DNA of 62,283 bases, filler included, from Basidiobolus ranarum (GCA_040143965.1; 29 parts of 29 records of this genome joined end to end with filler, not necessarily neighbours in it), one strand, 5' to 3'; counted from the first letter of the whole stretch, positions 25,795 to 38,300 are shown. Program-made: numbers and translations. The notes: generated from the sequence alone by a model not told the origin.

Positions 25795-28270
25795 NNNNNN
25801 NNNNNNNNNNNNNNNNNNNNNNNNNNNNNNNNNNNNNNTTAATTAATTAANNNNNNNNNNNNNNNNNNNNNNNNNNNNNNNNNNNNNNNNNNNNATAAGG
25901 AGCTGTTTGGCAAGGACTCAAGGCAGAGATAATGCAGTGGTAAGAACTGCTTGCAAACTATAAAATATATGATGTAAAAAGTTAATGGGTTTGAAGCCAC
26001 TGAAATATACTCTATCCAGTGATAACACTGGCTGGCATTGAACAGAAGATAGGATACTAGGTACCTGATGGTATGGGATGCACCAAAGAGAGAGTTTAAG
26101 CAGCAAAAACACTGCTGCCAAATAACAGAAGATATGGTGTTAGGTGAACAAGTATGCAGGAGATACCCAATGGATCACCTAATGTTTCCTAAAGATCACT
26201 GATAGGTGTTGAAAGGTATGATCACAAAAAAGAATGATTTGGGAAATATTTGCATGAGAATCTTTTCAATAGGAAAAGTACTACTGTGAAGCATGTTTGG
26301 TATGATGCTTAGTAATTGTAGGTATATGACTAGCTAAAAATAGATTGTATTCAGTGCCAAATACCCCCAGGATGAGCCATTGGTATGCAGCCAAGAAACA
26401 TTGATTATTGCAAACTTTAAAAGCAGAGACTCAAAAGTCATGAAGTAAGGTAAAAAATGATAGGGCTATGCTTTCAATATGCAGTTTGTGAGTCTAATAT
26501 GGTTATTCATCTCAATATAAAATTTGGTACATTCACCATTAGGGAAGTCAATACAGATATGTTCTCAATAGTTGTGTAAGCAACATAAAGAAAGCAACAG
26601 TTGCTAATTAGTCCAGAGTTGATCATTAGTTCTTAGTAGATCCTCTATGTGAAGCTTTTACATTATTTTGGGCAAGGGGTGAAACTCCAATTAGCAGTGG
26701 TAAACCAGAACCTGATGGATTTTGCTTTGTTGACAATACTAATATGTAACCTGTAAACACTTGGAGGAGAGTTGCTTGAGAGTTGTTCAGGGTATGTGGA
26801 CAAGAAACAATTAGTATGTAAGATGCTTGAAATGCAATATTAAATTTTAAAATTGTTAGGCATAGTAGTTAGCTAATTCATATACTGTTTAGATTGTACT
26901 GAGTTTTCACACTCTACATGAGTGTTTATTTTTCTAATTAATAGATATGGTAATGAGATCATCTCAACTAACTTTCACCATAGGAATACATCCTCCTGAT
27001 ATAATCTTGAAGGTTCATAAATGGTTTATATATTGGAATATACTTAGGTAGTTAATGAGATTGCTATTTTTGTTAGTATTAATGCTCATCACAGCTTATT
27101 AGAAGGATCAACCAATCACCAAGATCTTAACTGGTGCTATACTTAGGTATGATTTCAACATATGTCTTAGGAAGTGATGAGTCATTATTTTGAGTCTCAG
27201 CCGCAGTTGCTTTGTGCTGTATGAACTGGTGATCAGATGATGGGTCATCTGCTCATCAGCCCATCTGTTCACTGGATGAAAGAATATTAGTATATACAGG
27301 GCTTCTCACACCTTTAGAGCAAATATTTTATCCACAGTAAAATTCCATTACTACACTATCATTCCATTACCACTGTTCATCCACCCTTATCCAATATTAA
27401 AGGTATGATTGTTATTATCTAAATTCATCTATTAATCTTATTTCCTATTAAACCATAGGTTAGTGATGTTCAGTGGAATGAATTTAAAGTCTGTGATTCA
27501 AGATTCTAATTCATGCCCAAAAACTCACAAGCTCCAAACAGTTTTATCTTTACCTTGAAAATAATATACTTTCAGAGAAAACATGTATACTGAAATGAAG
27601 ATTTACGTGCTGATATGTGACATTGCCAAACTTCTTGATAAATGATAGACCTGAAGTTAGAATATAAGATAGAAGATAATTGCAGAAGCACTTCAGAAGT
27701 ACCTAAGAACAGAGTTAAGTAAGACCTGAAAACTACCTGCCAAAGCCAAAGTAGGTGATGCTATGAAGCCTCCAGTGTGGCAATCACTTAATACAAAGTC
27801 TTTGAAGTGTAAAGCATCACTGGTGAGAAATGAGAGGTATAATACCAAGGAGCAATCAATATGGGTGATACATAATGCAAAGTCAACAAATGAGAAAGAC
27901 TAATCAACAACTACATTTGCTACAAATTGTGCAGATAGGGAACAACNNNNNNNNNNNNNNNNNNNNNNNNNNNNNNNNNNNNNNNNNNNNTTAATTAATT
28001 AANNNNNNNNNNNNNNNNNNNNNNNNNNNNNNNNNNNNNNNNNNNNAGTTCTTACCTCATCATTCAGATTATGTAAAATAGCATCTTTAGGTAGTTTGGT
28101 ATGTCTTAGATTAGATATCCCAGATCAGACGATCAACAAGTATGTCGAGAAAATTATAGTTTGTAATAGGGATATGCGATCATGTAAAACTTGACGCGTT
28201 GATCATTCATGCATAACACATCTCCAAAACCATTCCTCGATCGTGGATATCGAGATTTAGGATGTGTGCA

Positions 28271-28300
28271 GGTGCGGGTGCGGGTGTGAGTATATTTATT
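28271..28300 (+). promoter_or_regulatory. Putative TATA-like box with upstream GGTGCG repeat
   Basis: GGTGCGGGTGCGGGTGTGAG then TATATTTATT (28291-28300), about 150 nt before the ATG and followed by a pyrimidine-rich leader. Confidence 0.45.
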
Positions 28301-28449
28301 CAGCCCTTCTCACTCAAGCATCCGACAACTACTACCTTTTCTTTATCCTACGGTTAGAACTCACTTGACTCTGTTGACCCTCTTGTACAAGCCATTTTCA
28401 CCAACCACACTTGTCATTAACCACTGCGCTTATTGACCATTCTACCACC

Positions 28450-29604
28450 ATGGAACACCTTCAGGAAAGAGTAAGCCATTATTTTGAAACTCGAACTGAG
28501 GGTGGAAACGGAATCTTTAGAGATTACATCCACGCCGAGAGCTCGTCAGTGAAGATCTTTGTGTTTGATAATGACTACTTTAACATTTCAAACCACAAAC
28601 ATGCCATAGACAGTCAAATCCATGACTTGCAGCAGTATTCTAATGACTTGATTGCTTCATCTGCCTATATGTCTGAAGATAATGTACATGCTCAGTTGGA
28701 GGCTGATTTTGCCTCTCATTTCGGGAAAGAATGCGTGCTAACACAATCAGGCTACGCTGCGAATACTGGACTAATACAGGCCATATGCTCACATGAAACA
28801 CATGTGTATATTGACAAGCTCACTCATGCGTCATTTTGGGATGGTCTTTACTCCAGAGGCACTCAAACTCATGTCTTTGCACATAATGACATGGTGGATC
28901 TGGAAAACAAAATCATCAAACACGGCCCAGGCATAATAATCGTTGATAGCTTGTACAGTGGCCATGGCTCATTTTCTCCAATCAAAGCCCTGGTTCAACT
29001 CAAGTTAAAGCACAAATGTATCCTTGTTGTCGATGAATCACATACACTGGGAGTGTACAGCAAGACTGGCCTCGTGGACTTGATGGGATATAACGAGACT
29101 GTTGACTATATAACAGCTAGTCTAGCAAAGGCATATTGCACAAGGGCTGGGGTTATCATGGGTCCACACTCACAATTTATCAAAGAGAAGTCCATGCATT
29201 ATGTGTTTAGTTCTGCTCTCATGAGAAACGACATTATCAAACTACGTGCAATGTTTGAAGTCATCAAAGGAGCAGATCAGAAGAGGAATAGATTAATGCG
29301 AGCATCCAACGCGTTAAGAAAGGCTCTGTTGAAAATTGTAGATGTCGAAGACACTCCAATACCATCACCAATTATATGCATTCCTACTAAATCCGAGGCT
29401 GAGATGGTAAAACTTCACCATCATTTTGTATCCAAAGGGATATTTGCGGCACCATTTTTCTTTCCCGCAACACCCAGAAAATCACCTAACCTGAGAGTGA
29501 CACTTCACTCTGAGATTACAGTAAACGATATACGAACCATTACAAACGCAACCGCTTCTTTTTTTCAGCGTTCAAATTCTGTTGTATTCTCTTCCAAACT
29601 TTAA
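28450..29604 (+). CDS. CqsA/LqsA-like PLP-dependent acyl-CoA aminotransferase (alpha-oxoamine synthase family), 384 aa, with C-terminal PTS1 -SKL
   Basis: Motifs NDYF, QSGYAANTGLIQAIC, VYIDKLTHASFWDG, FAHND, HGPGIIIVDSLYS, VDESHTLG, TASLAK (PLP Lys), RAG, FSSAL, PAT follow V. cholerae CqsA as I recall it; ATG in ACCACCATGG context (the ORF track TTG start is unlikely); no introns. Confidence 0.88.
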   Translation: MEHLQERVSHYFETRTEGGNGIFRDYIHAESSSVKIFVFDNDYFNISNHKHAIDSQIHDLQQYSNDLIASSAYMSEDNVHAQLEADFASHFGKECVLTQSGYAANTGLIQAICSHETHVYIDKLTHASFWDGLYSRGTQTHVFAHNDMVDLENKIIKHGPGIIIVDSLYSGHGSFSPIKALVQLKLKHKCILVVDESHTLGVYSKTGLVDLMGYNETVDYITASLAKAYCTRAGVIMGPHSQFIKEKSMHYVFSSALMRNDIIKLRAMFEVIKGADQKRNRLMRASNALRKALLKIVDVEDTPIPSPIICIPTKSEAEMVKLHHHFVSKGIFAAPFFFPATPRKSPNLRVTLHSEITVNDIRTITNATASFFQRSNSVVFSSKL

Positions 29605-30197
29605 GTCTAACATTTACCTTATCCTCTATAACCTACCCAAAGCTATATAAATCACAATAGCGAAGATTTGTTCACTTACCAGTTATGTAATCTGAATTTA
29701 AACTGAATTAGTTACAATTGAGGGGATTTGGTGTGAGATTCACTGTATCACCCTGCTAATAATCTACTAGTTGGCATACGAACTATTCTTCTTTTATTAG
29801 CGTTCAACTTGGGAAGCGGGCTGTACTTCTACCACAGCATATATACTTTAAATGCCCTTTTAGACTTGCGGTTACAAAACATATTTGGATTGGAGATGAG
29901 GAAAATATTTTGACACTTGGCATTACCTGGTTATTTATCACATTAATATGGGTGTAGAAGATACATCCTTTTATTCATCGTTTTTTATAGTTGAGATATT
30001 TCCAAGATCCTGCTGTGGCTTAGTTAAAGAACTTAAGTGGATCCTTGAAAAACTCTTTGCTTGCAATTTCAAGCTTTTGGTATGCTTCTGAAGCTCTNNN
30101 NNNNNNNNNNNNNNNNNNNNNNNNNNNNNNNNNNNNNNNNNTTAATTAATTAANNNNNNNNNNNNNNNNNNNNNNNNNNNNNNNNNNNNNNNNNNNN

Positions 30198-30974
30198 AGC
30201 ACTGTTGAAAGAACGGGTACGAACATTGAACAATATTTCATTGATACCACCGAATTGGTAGGAGTAGAACCAGTTGGAGGAGATAAACAATGGGAGGAGT
30301 AGCAACATATTCTTGCTTGTGAAGAGCTTGAGTATACCAACGATTTCGCCGCCGACATTCTTGAATTTGACTACCTCAACACGAGATCCATCATTACGAA
30401 CAACCTTCTCAGGAGGAACAATACCCAGGCCAAGAAGGGCGCCGATGATCATAAGAACTATGAGGACATAGTATGTGGCAGTACTGACGCTACCCTTGTC
30501 AGAGGAAAAGTTGAAACTGAAAGGAATGAACGAGCCAAGGATGGAACCCATATTGAAGATGATACAGAAAATACCAACAGCACGACCTTTCTGATTTTCA
30601 GATGGATAGGACATCATCACAGTACCTTGTGCAGTCCAAAAGATACCAGCTCCAATACCGAGAATAGCACTCGCAATGATAACGAAGGTTGGTTTCTTGG
30701 TACTGCTGTAGTATACGAGGGAGCCAGAGTAAAGAGCGTATGTAAGGCCACCGCAGACCATGGTCAAACGAGCGCCTAGAATATTGAAGCTAGCACCACC
30801 GAATATACTGAAAATAGCGAAACAAGCATAAAGAGAAAGGTTAGCATTTTTAGCGGTGCTGTCATCCATCTGACCACCAGCACCGAGAGCGGTAATAACG
30901 TTAAACATACCCGGGCAGCAGAGACAAACAAAGCTCACCAGGATAACCTGAACCATTGAGGAGTTAAGTCGCAT
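30198..30974 (-). CDS. UNC-93-like MFS membrane protein, 3' partial
   Basis: QVILVSFVCLCCPGMFN, GAGG, GIGAGIFWTAQG, MSYPSENQKGRA, SNWFYSYQF; first ATG at 30974. Confidence 0.92.
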
Positions 30975-31920
30975 CACGGTAATAAAGCTTGATGTAAGAG
31001 AAGAAAACCAGTTCAAGAAATCTAGGAGTAGAGCGAATTTGACTGAGAACCTTGCTTATTATTTTGTGTGGAATTTTGTGATGGGGGTTTGAGTATACTG
31101 AATTTTCTAGCTATTAAAGAAGAGCAGTTGTATGAAGTGGAAAAAACTCCCCATTTCGAAGTTGTGAGGATATTTATAGTAGCTACTTGTCTTTGGTATA
31201 TTATGTTACTATTATATACTAATTGACAATGAATAATGATGTTTTGTAGAACTCAGATGAACTTGTGTTACAATTATCAGCGACCATATGATATCTCTGG
31301 CAAATTGGAGATGATTTTGTACACTTTGTAATGGAGACGGTTGAAAACAACTTCCCGTAATCGGTTTCAGAATTGCCCTGACTGAACTACAGATGCATAT
31401 TTGCGTTAACGCGTCTGGTGCCAGGCCAATATTTAGTATTGTTCTTAGACAGAGCATTTTAGAAGGATGGTACAGAACGAATTCGAACCATAAATTTGAA
31501 CCTACTTACATAAACCTGATTCAATAGATGATTATCGTCCTTCCCGTCACAGCAGAGTTTCCCCATCCGATGAGAATCCGAAAACCAGACATAAGTGTGA
31601 CTTTGATCAAACAGTGGCCACTGTAATTGGTTGAGATCTTCCGCAATGAATGATGAATATATATTAATGCAATAAACCAAATGAATATGCGTTCAGCTTT
31701 AATATATTGAGCAAGATCAATCAATACTGTGGGGACCAACTGTAGCAATAGAAACGATTATATTAAATCCTTCAGTCGGAGTTGATATCATTTATTAATA
31801 GTTAAGATATTATGATTTACAGATTTAATAAGCAAATCCGTTGATGATCACGATATATTCAAAATCAGGCAACAATAGAGTTACAGAGCACTGCTCGTAA
31901 AACGGGTACTAAAATAGGCT

Positions 31921-32247
31921 TTAAGCTTCGACAACACTCTTCTCATGTTCAACTTCAGAAGTATCCTTAACACCTTTAGCAACAATGAAGGAGAAAGGAA
32001 GAGAAGCAGTCAACAATACCCAGTTAATAATGAATTGGGTCATCAATGGGTTGCGCTTGGCATCAATATCCCAGGCGATGGCTGCACCAGCTGATTGAAC
32101 TCCCTTGTAAAATCCAGCATAACGGGCAAGAACATGCGAGTCGTTGGATAGGGCACCCATCAACCAGTAGGCATATGTTTGCAAAACGGCATCACAGAGA
32201 CCATAGGATAAGAATAAGACAACGAGAGGTCCGTAACCAGGACCATT
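31921..32247 (-). CDS. UNC-93-like MFS protein C-terminus (upstream tandem paralog), 5' partial
   Basis: YGLCDAVLQTYAYWLMGALSND...ARYAGFYKGVQSAGAAIAW. Confidence 0.9.
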   Translation of the reverse strand, partial: NGPGYGPLVVLFLSYGLCDAVLQTYAYWLMGALSNDSHVLARYAGFYKGVQSAGAAIAWDIDAKRNPLMTQFIINWVLLTASLPFSFIVAKGVKDTSEVEHEKSVVEA

Positions 32248-32348
32248 GNNNNNNNNNNNNNNNNNNNNNNNNNNNNNNNNNNNNNNNNNNNNTTAATTAA
32301 TTAANNNNNNNNNNNNNNNNNNNNNNNNNNNNNNNNNNNNNNNNNNNN

Positions 32349-34398
32349 CATCTATGAAGCCAATATCCACTGATATTATTGTTGATGAGCAGAAACCAAC
32401 AAAACCATGGTTCATCAGCTCTCACCAAATACCAAGCCTTTGCTGATGTCATTGACAAGAAGCAATCTGATATACTCCCAGCTCACCACCCATATGATTG
32501 CCCTATAGATCTACAGCAAGGAAAACAAATACCATTTGACCTATATATGGGCTGACCCAGACAGAGCTCAACATTCTGAAGGAGTACATTGCAGAATAAC
32601 TAGAGAAAGGATTCACCCACCGTTCAAAGTCCCCAGCAGGCTCTCCAATCTTATTTGTTAAGAAAAAAGATGGATCCCTCTGTCTCTGTGTAGATTACCA
32701 AGGCCTAAATAGCATTACAGTCAAAAATTGGTACCCCTTGCCATTAATCAACTCACTCTTGGATCCGCTTGCTTCAGCCAAGGTGTTTACAAAGATTGAT
32801 CTAGGAGGTGCTTACAATCTTGTAAGAATCAAACCGGGAGACCAATGAAAAACTGCCTTACAAACTTGCTATGGACACTTTGAATACAAAGTCATGCCAT
32901 TTGGACTTAACAATGCCCCTGCAGTTTTTCAATGCATGATGAATGACATCTTGAGAGAGTATCTTGATCAGTTTGTGGTAATCTATCTTGACGCTATTTT
33001 GGTCTTCTCAAGCTCTCAAGAAGAACATGATATTCATGTTTCCAAAGCCCAAGAAAAGTTGAAAACCTCTGGGCTCTATGCTAAACTTGAGAAATGTGAA
33101 TTTGATCAAGCTCAAGTTGAATTCCTTGGATATAATATCAGCACATCAGGCATCTCCATGGACCCTAAGAAGGTTGAATCTGTTTTGTCTTGGGATATTC
33201 CCAAGAATGTGAAGGATGTCCAATCTTTCCTTGGATTTGCAAACTTTTACCGATGGTTTGTCAAGAACTACTCCAAAATATCTGCTCCATTAACAAACCT
33301 CACAAAGAAAGAACTCCCATTTGACTGGAACCAATCTTGCCAACAAGCATTTGTAACTTTAAAGAGTGCTTTTACCTCAGCACTAATCCTGGTGCATCCC
33401 AAACTAGACAAACCATTTATTGTTGAAACTGATGCATCAAACCTTGCTCTAGGAGCAGTGCTTTCACAGTTTGATGATGACAACTTACTGCACCCTGTTG
33501 CCTTTTACTTGAGAAAATTCTCTGCTGCAGAAATCAACCATGACATCTATGACAAGGAACTATAAGCAATCATTGCAACATTTGACCAATGGCAACAGTA
33601 CTTGAATGGAGCAAATCACAAAATCAAAGTTTATTGTGATCACAAGATTCTTCACTATTTTAGTACAACCAAAGTTCTCAACCATTGTCAAGTAAGATGG
33701 TCATTATTTCTTGCCAGTTTTGATTTTGTGATTACATATTGATCTGGTAGCCAGCAAGGAAAACCTGATGCCTTATCACATAGAGCAGAATATCAGCCAA
33801 AAGAAGGGGATGAGGCCTTTGGCCAACAAAATACTTCCTTACTGAAGCCCCACCAACTTCAAATTAGTTCAACTGCCCTTTCTCTACCTAGTTCAAGCAC
33901 ATTCCATGTAGATATCCACAAACCTCAATCTGAAGACCCATGTGTAATATCAATCAAGAAAGCCCAGGAAACACCCAAAGACCTCCCAAGCTTGAACTTG
34001 TACTGCCATTTCTCTATCATCAATGATCTCTTGTTTTATACAAAGCACCTTTATATTCCAGACCACACTTCTAGCCTCAAAATCATGCAGGAAAGACATG
34101 ACTCACCACTAGCTGGACACTTTGGTGTTGCCAAATCATATATGTTTGCATCCAGGGATTATTGGTGGCACAAAATGTTTGGATTTGTTAAGACTTATGT
34201 TTCCACCTGTGATACTTGTACTCAAGTGAAGACTCTAAGACATCAGCCCTATGGCCTCCTACAGCTACTTCCAATTCATGATCAGCGGTGGAAATCCATA
34301 TCCCTGGATTTCATAACTGATTTACCCATGTCTGCCAAATATGATTCAATTCTGGTAATTGTTGACCATCTAACAAAGATGGCCCACTTTGTGCCCTG
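32349..34398 (+). mobile_element. Ty3/gypsy pol (RT-RNase H-integrase), degenerate
   Basis: [22 protein letters not shown] (mutated YLDD), ETDAS, YDKEL, HDSPLAGHFG, ISLDFITDLP. Confidence 0.95.
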
Positions 34399-34697
34399 NN
34401 NNNNNNNNNNNNNNNNNNNNNNNNNNNNNNNNNNNNNNNNNNTTAATTAATTAANNNNNNNNNNNNNNNNNNNNNNNNNNNNNNNNNNNNNNNNNNNNTG
34501 TTTCACCTTGCAATATCTATACAACCCCCATGTATTCCTTGATCAGACCTCATTCTGATCAACACCAGTTTTCAATAAAGTTTCTTGCCTAAGTATCTTC
34601 CCTCTCCAGTATTGTCTTGTGGTCTACACCCAAGTACTCTCCTGCCTTCTAGCCTCTTGTCATTGTTTCCGGTCCTTGTCCAGTTACTTGTGTGACA

Positions 34698-36430
34698 AGG
34701 AAAGCACTCTCTACACTTTGTTTACATCTTAGAGACTCTTAATTGAGGTGCTTACACTCAGCTAAAACCATGCAAACTGCTTGGGAAGCACTTGAGTGAC
34801 TTGGTGAGACTAAAAGTCTGGCTGACAGGCTCTATCTTAAGCCGAATTGTTCTCTATCATGGTGATCCCATTGCAAAATATTTAAATGGGATAAAGCTAT
34901 GGCAGATCAGCTCTCATCCTTTTGAGCACCTCTAAATGAATATGACTTTGTCATGGCACTGCTTAGGAGCCTGCCAGAGAAGTTTGGGAACCTCATAATT
35001 GTCCTAGGGCTCATTGACCTGTATCTGCTCTATTGGTACCCACTAAGGAAGACTCAGAAATATGGAGCATTGAATCAGGAGCTTCCCAGCATATGTCATA
35101 CAAGAAAGATTGGTTTAACAGCTTAAAACCCATCCTAACAAGGAAAGTCTACTCAGGTGATGACTAAGCACTGGATGCAGTTGGTGAGAGCACATTTGTG
35201 CTCAATTTTGACCTAAATTCATTGGCACCATGAGCAAAATTGGATGATATACTCTATGTATCAAATATAGCCAAGAATCTACTCTCAGTAAGCCAAGGAG
35301 CAACTCAAGGACTAAATTTTGAGATCTGCAAGGCTGGATCTACTATCACAGATCAGTATAATACCAAATTAGCTACTGGGATCAAAACTCAAAATTTGTA
35401 CAAGCTAGGAATCAACTAATTGCATTCTGATTAGGTAAACTTGGCTAAAACTGGTGAAATAAGCTGTCAAATGTTACATCAAAGATTAGGCCACATTGGG
35501 AGTAAAGCTGACCTATGTTATCCAAACTCAGCTTGCTTAGGCTTGGAAAGTGAAAATGTCACCAAATTGGATCTGTGTGAAAGTTGTATATGTAGAAAAC
35601 ATCACAGAAAGCTGTTTTCAATCCTTAGGGATATTAAATCCACTCAGAATGTGGCCTGGATTCATTCCAATCTTTGTAGGAAAATGAAATTGTCTTGCTA
35701 TGTTGAAGAGCTACTTATGACTTTAATTAATGACATAGCAAGAAATACTTGTTTATTCTTTCTCAGAGCAAAAACTGAAATTGTAGCTATGTTCAAGCAC
35801 TACAAAGCAGTGGTAGGGACTAAAACAGTACAAAAATAAGGGTACCAAGGAGTGATATTGGTTGAGAATACTGCTCTAAAGACTTTGCTAGTTTTTGCTT
35901 CAAACATGGAATAAAGCAACAAGCTATTGTTCCTTATACTCCTTAGTAAAATGGAGTTGCAGAACATGCTAACACAACTATAGTGCAGATTGCAAGATCC
36001 ATTTTGCATGAACAAAAGTTAGATTACCAATATTGGGCTGAATCTGTCTCAACTGCAGTCTACATCAAAACAGATGCCCAACAAGATTTCTATGAATTTC
36101 TATTCCATTTGAAGCCCTGTATGGATCAAAACCAAGTGTGTATCATCTCAGGAACTTTCGTTGCACAGCATATTGCTTTTTTCCAGCTCAAAAACATTCT
36201 AAATTGGAATTCAAAAGCAGAAGATGTATAAATCTTGGTGACTTTGACAGTATCATAGAGTCTGTAGGCTTTAGTTTGAGTACAATAACCCTAGAAATAT
36301 GCATTTCTTACTTTTTGGATCAAATTTAGAACAATTTTTGGTCATAATTTTGACATAAGCAATGCATCCAAAGATCGTCAAATGTTTTACATCAGGTTGA
36401 ACTCCAAACCAAGCTTGATATGGTGTAGAG
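34698..36430 (+). mobile_element. Copia gag-integrase, degenerate
   Basis: HQRLGH, CESCICRKHHR, NGVAEH, YWAESVSTAVY. Confidence 0.88.
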
Positions 36431-37160
36431 TTTATTGGGAAAATATGGGCTGTTTGGAGGAACTTTAGAACAGTGGAGTTGTGAATAGCTTTGTGAGATA
36501 ATTATTTATTGACCAGAAATTAAGCATTTATACATTTTGGTGGAAANNNNNNNNNNNNNNNNNNNNNNNNNNNNNNNNNNNNNNNNNNNNTTAATTAATT
36601 AANNNNNNNNNNNNNNNNNNNNNNNNNNNNNNNNNNNNNNNNNNNNTCTGTGTTGATTTAGCTTATATACTTGTTAGACAATGTATGGGGGATGAACGGT
36701 TATTTAAATCCTTACAATACAAGAATTATTGAAATCATCCACAGGTTGGTCATTGTTACACCGAAGGTTCACAATTTGGGGTTTTGAAAGACACGGATTT
36801 CAGCCACTGGATTTATTAATGATGTATAACATAAACATGGTTATATCTTTGGGGAGGCGGAGCGTAGGCAGAATACATCAATTTTATAGTTGTCAAGGAA
36901 CTCGCTGATGGTTGAATTGAAATGATTGATATGGTGTCGGTGAATTACTACTATGTAATAGTACCACACCTTCGATCGGCATACTTGCACAATGATATAC
37001 GTTTAAACAGATCATTGCTTATTCTTCACCTATCCTTCCTCACCTATCCTTCTTCACATATCCTTCTAGTGAACCATGGTATGCCGAGGGACTAGAGTGT
37101 GTTATTATAATATACTATCCTATTATTATCTGCACTAATTATTATCTGCACTAATACAGA

Positions 37161-37250
37161 GCGCTTTTATTACCAATTATCGTAGAGTGTTAGCCAATAC
37201 CACTTTTATTACCAATTGCTGTAGAGTGTTTGCCAATATCACTTTTATTA
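37161..37250. repeat. Short tandem repeat, about 39-bp unit
   Basis: CTTTTATTACCAATT...GTAGAGTGTT.GCCAATA.CA repeated a little over twice; preceded by ATTATTATCTGCACTA x2. Confidence 0.7.
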
Positions 37251-38186
37251 CTAACCGATTTCGTTGTAAGAATAGTTATTTGTACCATTGACTTCACCTC
37301 ATTGGTCTCTCTTTGATATCTCCTAAGTTCAGATTTGAGATCCAATCGCTCCTCTTTTAAGCACACCACTCAAGCATGTGACAGATTACTGCTCAGGCTG
37401 AATGGTTGAGATATGGAGAAAAGAAAACTTGACCGATGGAACCGAAGGAACCGAAAGAACCGAAACCACCAAAAGAACAATCCGCCACCACTACCGGGAT
37501 TCCTTAAAGGTCGATTATTTTATCCAAGAATCATATCATTTATGGTAAAGATCGAATACTAGAAAATGAAATTTAATATCGGTCTGGGCTAGTTCTTCGG
37601 AGTTTGAATTCAAGTGTAGTCGAAGTGCACCGGGAAACTCTAGAGATATATAAAAGGTGGCTAATGGATATTCAAGTAATTTACAATCACAATAGAAAGC
37701 TACTCACTAAATCGTTTTACTTACTCCTCCCTTCTCATTGCCTGTCAACTACTTCCATTGGTACTTATGGGAAACAAAGTACACAGTATGAAGACCGTAA
37801 CGTTCTCTCGATTCGTAAAGATATGTGAAACTCATGGCAGAGAAGCCTATGACCGCACTCCTATTTTGCCCACTGGACGAGTTTGCCGTTTAATCAAAAA
37901 GTACACATTTTCAAATCCTCCACAGAAAATGTTAGAGTCAAAACGTCTGAGTCTAGAACCATTACTTATATAGAGTGTATAAGATTTGTATTTGATTTCT
38001 GTAAATAATTGCTTGTATGTACTTTAGGGTTAGATTTGTAAACACAAATAAATGAAATCCATTCCTTAACTTAACAGTTTGGTGGTGAATATGTGTATCC
38101 TCTGATAATAATATCCAGGGCTACCTTTCCTTTACATTATGTTCAGGACTGAGGTGATTGAAGCTCTTTCACAATCTAACCCACCC

Positions 38187-38300
38187 TTGAATAGTATACA
38201 TTCTTGAATAGCATACACCCTTGAATAGTATACATTCTTGAATAGCATACACCTTTGAATAGTATACATTCTTGAATAGCATACACCTTTGAATAGTATA
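38187..38300. repeat. Minisatellite, 34-bp unit made of two 17-bp subunits
   Basis: TTGAATAGTATACATTC-TTGAATAGCATACACC(C/T); units start at 38187, 38221, 38255 and 38289 (partial). Confidence 0.92.

Noticed and set aside
25895-27946. Possible gene or element in this contig
   Set aside because: CpG-depleted debris with only a partial family A-like LTR near 26870-26980; no motif I can support.
28450-29604. Ordinary BioF, ALAS or serine palmitoyltransferase
   Set aside because: It has TASLAK...RAG and HGPG..VDS.YS rather than GT.SK/TFGK and SMDG, with no mitochondrial or membrane N-terminus; a phylogeny is still needed.
28047-32248. cqsA-like gene and the neighbouring MFS transporters as a gene cluster
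   Set aside because: They are on different contigs joined by the linker at 30098-30197 and ordered only by size.
38187-38300. CRISPR array or real 100-aa ORF at 38132-38434
   Set aside because: No unique spacers; a simple minisatellite that happens to lack stops on one strand.
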